This document shows, in pieces, positions 23,582 to 30,694 of a DNA stretch of 64,000 nucleotides. The stretch's first letter is position 1. The number at the start of each line of letters is the position of its first letter. The notes under the pieces were generated by a model. That model was not told where the DNA came from, ran no database searches, and worked only from the letters and a program-made list of their open reading frames with translations. The stretch is from the NCBI GenBank assembly GCA_045534785.1, contig JAZSKJ010000032.1, positions 18,777-82,776 of the forward strand, read 5' to 3'. Both the position numbers and the translations under genes were made by a program. Source of the DNA: Bacteroidaceae bacterium. Lineage in GTDB: Bacteria > Bacteroidota > Bacteroidia > Bacteroidales > Bacteroidaceae.

Positions 23582-24889
23582 TTAGTTAACAGATACATTT
23601 GCTTCAGTCTCAGTTGTCCACTCAATAACTTCAGCATCAAAGTGAATGGGGTCGGGACCTATTGTTAATGTCAGATTGTACTGGCTGCCCTGCTTGAACT
23701 CGAAGTCTTTACCAGGAACTGCTTCTGTTTTAACATCACCAACATTTTTTGTTCCTGCAATCACTTCTGCATCCTCTGCGGTGTAAAGAACTTCTTCAAC
23801 AGGAGCAGTTGTGGGGTCAAATACATATGCTAAATCATAGTATGCATTGTAAACCTCGGTGCCAATCTGATATTGAATGTACAGATAAAGGTCTGTCAAA
23901 TCTACGGCTGTGGGCTGAGCACCTGCAGCCTTACAATTTGTGGTCTGCGGGAATATCAGTGTCTCAATCCAATACTTCTTATCATAGTTGGTCTCAGCAT
24001 TTGCAAGAGCATACGGGGTATTGATATCAATGTCATAAGTGCCCTGAGTGCTCCAGCCGTTGGTTGCCATATCGGTGTTATAGACAAAGTTTCCTTCTTT
24101 TTCAAGACCTGAAATCTTAAGCTCGTTCACTTTCAGAATCTGCTGGCCCATGTAATTATCTGACTTCTGGATTTTTACATTCAGTTTGGTCAGGATGTGG
24201 TGGAATACCAGCTGTACATCTGATGTAGTGACTGTGCCACGAGGAGTTACAACCTTCTTATCGGCAATCATGTAGTCCTTCTTGAAACCGCTGTAGGTCA
24301 GTTCACCTTTTGGTGCTGCAGTTTCTGAAATGGGATCTACTGTAAAGTCTGTACGAGCCAGGTTGTACTCAGTTTCAATGTCATACTTAGCTGCGCTTGT
24401 TGCAATTGAAATGTTGTTTGCGTTAGCTGCAACAGTATAAACCGGATTGCTCTCGTAAGGTGCAATGGCAAAGAACTGATAGCTTGAAGCCATCTTATCC
24501 CAGTAGCGTACGCTCTCATAGTACCATCCGGGGAAAGGATCGGCAAATGACCATTCCTGTGAGGGCTTCTCGCCGTCAGCGTCATAAACCACATCACCCT
24601 TTGCGTCTGAGGTGAAATACTCGTTAGGAGTATTTTCAAACACAGACTGCTCTTCTGTACCGCTGCCATCTAACTTGGCAACAGTCTTCCATCCATATAC
24701 ACCGAATACGGTGTAGAAATCATTGAGCGCTGTTGAGTTGGTGCCTCTTGTTACCTTGTCAGCATATGCTGAGAATGAGAGGGCCTGCTCAGTCTGCTGC
24801 TCGTTAGCGGCACCTTTTAAGGTCTCGCTATCGGAGCAGGCTGTAAACAGGGCAGCAGCGGCTGCAATTATAAATAAACTTCTTTTCAT
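23582..24889 (-). CDS. Fimbrillin-like (type V pilin family) lipoprotein
   Basis: 435-aa ORF. Lipobox ALFTACS, site ADKVTRGTN, motif FHHILTKLNVKIQK, terminal strand IHFDAEVIEWTTE. Confidence 0.85.
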   Translation of the reverse strand: MKRSLFIIAAAAALFTACSDSETLKGAANEQQTEQALSFSAYADKVTRGTNSTALNDFYTVFGVYGWKTVAKLDGSGTEEQSVFENTPNEYFTSDAKGDVVYDADGEKPSQEWSFADPFPGWYYESVRYWDKMASSYQFFAIAPYESNPVYTVAANANNISIATSAAKYDIETEYNLARTDFTVDPISETAAPKGELTYSGFKKDYMIADKKVVTPRGTVTTSDVQLVFHHILTKLNVKIQKSDNYMGQQILKVNELKISGLEKEGNFVYNTDMATNGWSTQGTYDIDINTPYALANAETNYDKKYWIETLIFPQTTNCKAAGAQPTAVDLTDLYLYIQYQIGTEVYNAYYDLAYVFDPTTAPVEEVLYTAEDAEVIAGTKNVGDVKTEAVPGKDFEFKQGSQYNLTLTIGPDPIHFDAEVIEWTTETEANVSVN

Positions 24890-24939
24890 TTGTCTAAACT
24901 CTTTTCTTTAAATTTTCTCCTTATTTGTATTATAAGGTC

Positions 24940-26094
24940 TTACAGCTCGGGAATAATGTCTCTCTCAACGGGATCAATGTCGTTCCAGAGGTCTGTGGTA
25001 GCATCGAAGGTGATTACGTTAGGTCTAACGGTCATCTTAAGGGTGTAGTTGTTCTTCTCCTTGAAGTTTTCGAATACCTTGTTGCCTTCTGCATCCTTGA
25101 AGTTCAGCACGTAGTTGTAGTCCTCCTCGTGGGGATTGCCGTCGGTGCCGGATACGATGGTGTAGTTGATAACGAGCTTCTCAACGTTCTCCTCAATTGC
25201 CTGAGGCATTACAAGTGACTCAATGAAGTAAAGAGGCTTGATAACATCCTTACCTTCTTCTACCTCGCTGTTGGGCAGCTCAACGCCGTTGGCATTTGCC
25301 CATGAAAGCTGGTATGCAGCATTAACCTTGCTTGATGTCCAACCGCTCACGTCACCTGTTGTAGCCTCAGTGTAAACACCGTTATCATCAAGACCTGTAA
25401 CCTTAACGTCGCGGATGACCACCTTTACATTATTATATATGGGGTCCTTGCCTATTGATATGTTCAGCTTGGCCAGAACGTGCTTGAAGTTGAGAACTAC
25501 ATCCTCAAGTTTAGCGGCACCGTCACGCTGCTCTATCTTGGCAGCAGTCATAATGTCTGTATCATTGCCGTCAACGCCGTTAAAGCCAACTCTGATCTCA
25601 GCGGCGGTAGGAGTTGTCTGGAGGTTCTGACCAGTCAGAGTGTAACCTGCAGCATCTGCGGTAACATATGTACCTGCGTTGTCGCCTACATTCTCAGGCT
25701 TGTTGAAACGGATGATGTTTGAGTTGGGAGCTACAGCAACAAATGCATAGGTGGCCTGCTTGTCCCAGTAACGATAGGGGCTGTAAGTCCAGTGGTTAGG
25801 AGCCAGATTCTCGCTGTCAAATGATACAAGGTCAGCGGCATCATCACCGTCAAACACTTTCTGAATTAAAGTCTCGTCGTTCTTGGACTGCTTGGTTGAC
25901 CAAACAGCAAATGTCTGGTGGTAGTACTCAAGGTCAACTTCAGATGCGTTAGCTCTGGTGGCCTTATCTGAGAATGTGTTGAAGCCAATCACAGTAGGAG
26001 CAGCCTCGTTGTCAATCTCGCGGTTAATTGTCTCGGTTTGATAGCAGGATACCATCATTGTGGCAGCTGCTGCAAGAATAAGAATCTTCTTCAT
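24940..26094 (-). CDS. Fimbrillin-like (type V pilin family) lipoprotein, first pilin-like gene of the array
   Basis: 384-aa ORF. Lipobox TMMVSCY, site SDKATRANA, motif FKHVLAKLNISIGK, terminal strand VITFDATTDLWNDID. Confidence 0.85.
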   Translation of the reverse strand: MKKILILAAAATMMVSCYQTETINREIDNEAAPTVIGFNTFSDKATRANASEVDLEYYHQTFAVWSTKQSKNDETLIQKVFDGDDAADLVSFDSENLAPNHWTYSPYRYWDKQATYAFVAVAPNSNIIRFNKPENVGDNAGTYVTADAAGYTLTGQNLQTTPTAAEIRVGFNGVDGNDTDIMTAAKIEQRDGAAKLEDVVLNFKHVLAKLNISIGKDPIYNNVKVVIRDVKVTGLDDNGVYTEATTGDVSGWTSSKVNAAYQLSWANANGVELPNSEVEEGKDVIKPLYFIESLVMPQAIEENVEKLVINYTIVSGTDGNPHEEDYNYVLNFKDAEGNKVFENFKEKNNYTLKMTVRPNVITFDATTDLWNDIDPVERDIIPEL

Positions 26095-26145
26095 AAGTCC
26101 TTTAATTTGTTTTTTTATTTGTTGGTTCTTTATTTTCTCTCTTTA

Positions 26146-26349
26146 TCAATTAATGAAACGCAATGTGGTCTCATTGTACTGATTGTACCTTCCGGTAATG
26201 ACCTGTTCACTGTTGTGGCTGGCTTGTCCGTTAGTTTCTTCTTTGGGACGTGAGGTCCTGAACAGTGTAATCAGGGCTGCCATAACCACGCAGCTTGCTG
26301 CTGCCAGAAGCATGTAGTTCCAATTGCCTTTCTTTAATTTTGTAAACAT
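26146..26349 (-). CDS. Small single-pass membrane protein (hypothetical)
   Basis: 67-aa ORF filling the gap between two same-strand genes. It has one hydrophobic helix (NYMLLAAASCVVMAALITLF) after a basic N-terminus. I recognise no family. It could be spurious. Confidence 0.4.
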   Translation of the reverse strand: MFTKLKKGNWNYMLLAAASCVVMAALITLFRTSRPKEETNGQASHNSEQVITGRYNQYNETTLRFIN

Positions 26350-26405
26350 ACTTATTATATTTTAATACTTATTTTAAATTTTGTTCAAAAATTGTAGAAT
26401 CTTCA

Positions 26406-27644
26406 TCAAATCGTTACCTCAGCGTTAACTTCGTTGGCCCAATCCTCAACACTTGCGTTGAAACCGCCGCCTGTTGACTGCTGACGCTTATCAAGAACTT
26501 CCTGAGGAACCTCGTTGGCATCAAAGTAGATGGTGATAACGCCGCCGGTGGGCTTGTTGTGCATCTGCTCGGTGATATCGCGGGTAATTTTCCAGGTGTA
26601 ACCATTGCGGAGTGTGAAACCTATGCCGATGAAGTTGTTGTCAAATACGGGAGCCTTGGTGCCGGCCTTGGTGGTCTCAATTGGAACGATTCCGGGAAGA
26701 CCCCAAGTCAGTACGCGGGTTGCAATGATATCGGCGTTGTCAACTGTTGAACCGTCGGCCATGCGTACGTTGTCGTGGTTCTGCATGGGCTTTACGTCAT
26801 CGGTTGAGATTGAAATTGTGTTGCTGAATGTTCTGCGGGTGAAGAGGTCAACGCCCTGTGCAAGACCGGTTGTGGTGATACCCTTGGCGCCTACAACTAC
26901 GTTACCCTTATCGTCGCGTACATTGTTTGTAATGATGATCTGGAACAGATATATAAATGAGTAGGGGCGGAGGGCTGCATTCACTCTGTAGATGTAGGTG
27001 ATGTTGCCAAATGCATCGTACTCTTTCTCATAATCTGAAGGATCCTCGCTGATGGTCAGGTTCTCTGCAAGTGAACCGAACAGCTCATCGGGCTGGTTGT
27101 AGTTGGTGTAATCCTGGATTGAATCGGGCATCTCGCTTGTCTCAACCTCTGCACGGGTGCTGATCCATGATGACTGTGTGCTCACACGGGTTGAAGCGGT
27201 ATAGCTCTCATAGTCATCGCTCTGGTAGAATGATGTGTACTCAGTACCGAAGTTGTAGAACAACATGTCATATACAGAACCTGCGGTCAGTGATACGCGG
27301 CCACCGTTTGAATCAAAGATCTTGAAGAATGAGCTGTAACGCTTGCCGGTGTAACGGTCAATGTTATATATGGTACCCTTGATGAGCTCAGGCTTGGTGT
27401 AACCGATGGTGCCGAAGTCTGCGGCTGACTCATACCAGGTGTACTGCCACTCAGTCTCCCAATCTATTCCCCACAGGAGGTCCAGACGTACATCATACAT
27501 CTCTACTGATATCTGGGTTGTGTCAACTCTCAGGAACAAGTCCTTGCGCTCGCAAGAAGTATTGAACAGGATAACCATTGCAAATACCAGAATAAACTGT
27601 ATCTTTGCCATCACCTTGTTGTTTGAATTTGTTCTGTTTGACAT
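26406..27644 (-). CDS. Lipoprotein, first gene of the fimbrial block; possibly DUF5119-like pilus-locus accessory protein
   Basis: 412-aa ORF. Signal peptide plus Cys (ILFNTSCERKDLF). An alternative ATG lies at 27611. The C-terminus reads STGGGFNASVEDWANEV. The DUF5119 assignment comes only from my memory of fimbrillin-adjacent Bacteroides lipoproteins. Confidence 0.65.
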   Translation of the reverse strand: MSNRTNSNNKVMAKIQFILVFAMVILFNTSCERKDLFLRVDTTQISVEMYDVRLDLLWGIDWETEWQYTWYESAADFGTIGYTKPELIKGTIYNIDRYTGKRYSSFFKIFDSNGGRVSLTAGSVYDMLFYNFGTEYTSFYQSDDYESYTASTRVSTQSSWISTRAEVETSEMPDSIQDYTNYNQPDELFGSLAENLTISEDPSDYEKEYDAFGNITYIYRVNAALRPYSFIYLFQIIITNNVRDDKGNVVVGAKGITTTGLAQGVDLFTRRTFSNTISISTDDVKPMQNHDNVRMADGSTVDNADIIATRVLTWGLPGIVPIETTKAGTKAPVFDNNFIGIGFTLRNGYTWKITRDITEQMHNKPTGGVITIYFDANEVPQEVLDKRQQSTGGGFNASVEDWANEVNAEVTI

Positions 27645-27675
27645 TTAAATTTGTTCTTTTCGTTTATTTTCGTTA

Positions 27676-27683
27676 CAAAGATA
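27676..27683 (-). promoter_or_regulatory. Candidate -7 promoter box (TATCTTTG = TAnnTTTG) for the fimbrial block
   Basis: Plus-strand caaagata, 32 nt upstream of the ATG at 27644, in the 276-bp divergent intergenic region. Motif match only. Confidence 0.3.
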
Positions 27684-27920
27684 CGCGTTATTATTATGGT
27701 GATTTTCCAACATTCGCAAAAATGATTCCAAAAATCACAAAACGAATTTCAAACCATAGTTCAAATATCAACAACCGATGTATAATACGTCAATTTATAG
27801 ATAAAACAACAATTCTCAATTTCACAATTATCAAATTTGTAGCAAAAAAGGACGATATTTAGTACTCTGGGGCCGTTTTTATGGTTATTTTTGCTTCAAA
27901 TAACAGATAAAGGACTGAAT

Positions 27921-29153
27921 ATGCTCAGTATTTTTTTGGTTCAATTGCCATTTTCCGTATGTGCCGTATGGAGCTTACTGATACTTTTTAAAAGGAACAA
28001 ATCCCTTCCAGACAGGCTTGCCATGTGGATTATGGGGTTACTTACCGTAAGTTTTTACTGCGGTACGGCCCACATGGATCCGTTCCCGAACTACCATAAA
28101 ATGGTTTTTTGCCTGATTGCACAGCAGTTTTCAACCCTGTCGGTATTTCCTATTATAATATTATATGTAAAGGCCTGCTATGAGGAAAGCGAGGTCAGGT
28201 GGTATTCTTACCTGTTTACCATACCTTCTATTATATTAACGCTGGCTGCCATTATCCTTACAGCTATTGTAGGCATAGACAGGTGTGCAGACATATCTGA
28301 GATGATTCATGATTCAGGTTACAGCTTCTCAGGGTTGTATAACCTTACCCCTACGGAGAACCTTTATGTTCTGTTTGTGTTCAAATTGTACATTGTGACG
28401 TTTTTTGTAGGTCTCTGTGTTTCGTTGATTTGTGTTTTTGCTAAGCTTTTTGCAGGAAGGTTTAAATTTAAACATGTAATTGGTTTTTTTAGAGACGGCA
28501 AATCTTCTTTTGTAGCTAACATAATTTGCCTGCTGTATGTTATATACTTCATACTTTGGGGATTTGTTGTGTTATTCGGACAGTCTTTCCTGGCTACGCG
28601 TTCCATCTTTTCTTCCATATGGTCATTTGGTGTGGCGTTTATTCTGTTCTTGGTGGGTTATGTGTCTGCCATTCCGCCACTTCCGGGCGGTTATCTTAAC
28701 ATGGAGAGGATGCGTCATCCGTTCAATGCCATGCGCCAGTCTACCCATGAGTTCCTGCAGGGTATTGATTCGGGTCCTATGGCGGGTGTAGCTACATCGG
28801 GCTATGACAAGATTATGGAGTCTTTCAAGCAGCATATGGTCAAGGAACAGGCTTTCCTTAATCCCAACCTTACCATAGAGGAGATTGCACATACGCTTAA
28901 CACCAACCGTACTTATGTTTCCAAGCTGGTTAATCTTTATTATGGCGTGCCTTTCCGCGAGTATGTAAATACTCTGCGTATGGAATATGCCAAGCAGCTT
29001 ATGTTGGTTGAACCCGATGCCGGTCTTGAGTATATTGCTGCCAAGAGCGGTTTTCAGAGCTCTACCCAGTTTATACGTAAGTTCCGCGAGGTGGAAGGTA
29101 TTACTCCTACTGTATGGAAGGCCAGCCAGCGCAACAAGAAGAAATTCCTGTAG
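27921..29153 (+). CDS. Polytopic membrane protein with a C-terminal AraC/XylS-type HTH DNA-binding domain
   Basis: The track ORF starts at a TTG (27891); the first ATG is at 27921 (MLSIFLVQLPF...). There are about 6-7 hydrophobic helices in the first 260 aa or so. The C-terminus TIEEIAHTLNTNRTYVSKLVNLYYGVPFREYVNTLRMEYAKQLM...AAKSGFQSSTQFIRKFREVEGITPTVW is a typical AraC double HTH. Confidence 0.85.
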   Translation: MLSIFLVQLPFSVCAVWSLLILFKRNKSLPDRLAMWIMGLLTVSFYCGTAHMDPFPNYHKMVFCLIAQQFSTLSVFPIIILYVKACYEESEVRWYSYLFTIPSIILTLAAIILTAIVGIDRCADISEMIHDSGYSFSGLYNLTPTENLYVLFVFKLYIVTFFVGLCVSLICVFAKLFAGRFKFKHVIGFFRDGKSSFVANIICLLYVIYFILWGFVVLFGQSFLATRSIFSSIWSFGVAFILFLVGYVSAIPPLPGGYLNMERMRHPFNAMRQSTHEFLQGIDSGPMAGVATSGYDKIMESFKQHMVKEQAFLNPNLTIEEIAHTLNTNRTYVSKLVNLYYGVPFREYVNTLRMEYAKQLMLVEPDAGLEYIAAKSGFQSSTQFIRKFREVEGITPTVWKASQRNKKKFL

Positions 29154-29235
29154 TTGGCTTGATTCGTCTCCAAATATTCAATTCTCAGGGACACTGGGTT
29201 AATAATGATTTGTGTGTAAAATAACATTAACGGGG

Positions 29236-29265
29236 TTTGTCATTACCTTGTTTTTATTATATTTG
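29236..29265 (+). promoter_or_regulatory. Candidate Bacteroides-type promoter for the V-ATPase operon (-33 TTTG, -7 TATATTTG)
   Basis: TTTG at 29236-29239 and TATATTTG at 29258-29265 with an 18-bp spacer, 37 nt upstream of the ATG at 29302. Confidence 0.4.
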
Positions 29266-29301
29266 CGAATTATTACATGTTTAGGATATCATTATTAACC
29301 T

Positions 29302-29892
29302 ATGAATACCAAAATCCAGGAACTTACCGACATTATATATAATGAAGGTGTAGCTAAAGGTCAGGCTGAAGCTGACCAGATTCTGGCTCAAGCCAAGGAA
29401 CAAGCCCAAAAGATTGTTGCAGATGCCCGTAAGGAAGCCGATTCCTTGCTGTCTGCTGCCCGTAAGGAGAGTGCCGACAACGCAGAGAATGTGCGTAAGG
29501 AGCTTAAGCTCTACGCAGCACAGGCTGTGGAGGCTCTCAAGAGCGAGATTGCCACTGTAGTTACTGACAAGATTGTGCAGGACTCTGTAAAGGGCTTTAC
29601 CTCTGATCAGAAGGCTTTCAACGATTTTATTCTTAAGATGGCCCAGGAGTGGGGCAAGAACCAGCAGATTGAGATTAAGTCTGCCGATGCCGATGCTCTG
29701 GCCAAGTATTTCAAGGCTAACGCCAAGGAGCTGCTTGACAAGGGTGTCAAGATTACTCAGGTGAACGGCCGCGCCGCTGAGTTCAGCATCCAGCCTGCCG
29801 ACGGATCGTATAAGGTCAACTTCGGTACAGAGGAGTTTGAGAACTGGTTCAAGTCAATTCTGCGTCCGCAGCTGGTTGAGACCCTCTTCTGA
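29302..29892 (+). CDS. ntpE: V-type ATPase subunit E
   Basis: 196-aa protein. The N-terminal half is a charged Ala/Lys/Glu/Gln-rich helix (AKGQAEADQILAQAKEQAQKIVADARKEADSLLSAARKE). It is the first gene of an A/B/D/I/K operon. Its stop overlaps the next start (TGATG). Confidence 0.8.
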   Translation: MNTKIQELTDIIYNEGVAKGQAEADQILAQAKEQAQKIVADARKEADSLLSAARKESADNAENVRKELKLYAAQAVEALKSEIATVVTDKIVQDSVKGFTSDQKAFNDFILKMAQEWGKNQQIEIKSADADALAKYFKANAKELLDKGVKITQVNGRAAEFSIQPADGSYKVNFGTEEFENWFKSILRPQLVETLF

Positions 29893-30683
29893 TGGCAAAT
29901 TACTACTATCTTATAGCCGGCCTGCCTGACATAAGCTTTGATGATGTTAAGGCGGCGCTTACGGTTGATCAGTTCCGCTCGGAGGTATTTGACGCCTTGA
30001 GCGGTGCCGACCGCAAGGTTATGGATATACTCCTGCTTGAGGATGAGTGCCGCAGCCTGATAGGTTCGGAGCGTATGGAGGAGCTTTTGGCCGATGCCAA
30101 AGCCCAGGAGCCGTGCCCCAATGGTGTGCCTCAGTTCATGTATCAGTTTGTGCAGGAGTGGCTTGACGAGAGCTGGCGCGATAAGGCTGCGTTTGCCGAG
30201 GACCGTCTGTGGAGTCTTTTCTACGAGTATGCTATGAGCTCCACCAACGGTTTTGTGCAGAAATGGTATGAGTTCAATATGGATATGAACAATATCCAAT
30301 CGGCCATTACGGCCCGCAAGTACAATCTGGATATGCAGAAGGTGATTGTGGGGCAGAATGAGACCGCTCACGCCCTGCGTACAAGCGGAGCGCGTGACTG
30401 GGGGCTCAGCCAGGAGTTGGAGTATTTTGACGATGTGGTGCGCCTGCTTGATGAGGAGGATCTGGCTCACAGGGAGCGTAGGGCTGACCAGCTGCGTTGG
30501 AACTGGCTCGAGGAAAACAGTTTCTTTAATTACTTTACTGTTGAGAAGCTGTTCTCTTACATGGTGCGCTTAGGTATTGTGGAGCGCTGGACCACTCTGG
30601 ACAAGGAGGAGGGCCAGAAACTGTTCCGTAAATTGATTGGAGACCTCAAAGAACAGACTGAGGTTCCGGCAGAGTTTAAATAA
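29892..30683 (+). CDS. DUF2764-family protein (the V-ATPase subunit C-position protein of Bacteroidetes operons)
   Basis: 263-aa protein with N-terminus MANYYYLIAGLPDISFDD. It sits between the E and A subunit genes, as in other Bacteroidales V-ATPase operons. Family name is from memory. Confidence 0.7.
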   Translation: MANYYYLIAGLPDISFDDVKAALTVDQFRSEVFDALSGADRKVMDILLLEDECRSLIGSERMEELLADAKAQEPCPNGVPQFMYQFVQEWLDESWRDKAAFAEDRLWSLFYEYAMSSTNGFVQKWYEFNMDMNNIQSAITARKYNLDMQKVIVGQNETAHALRTSGARDWGLSQELEYFDDVVRLLDEEDLAHRERRADQLRWNWLEENSFFNYFTVEKLFSYMVRLGIVERWTTLDKEEGQKLFRKLIGDLKEQTEVPAEFK

Positions 30684-30694
30684 AAACAATATAT

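Noticed and set aside
26146-26349. The small ORF as a possible toxin/antitoxin or regulatory peptide of the pilus locus.
   Set aside because: - It is a single 67-aa ORF with one TM helix and no partner ORF.
- It has no recognisable family, so the evidence is insufficient.
- I kept it only as a low-confidence CDS.
27891-27920. N-terminal extensions given in the track for three genes: TTG starts at 27891, 56835 and 61320.
   Set aside because: In each case an ATG 6-30 nt downstream gives a standard signal peptide or first TM helix. The track appears to accept alternative start codons and to take the longest ORF, so I used the ATG starts instead.
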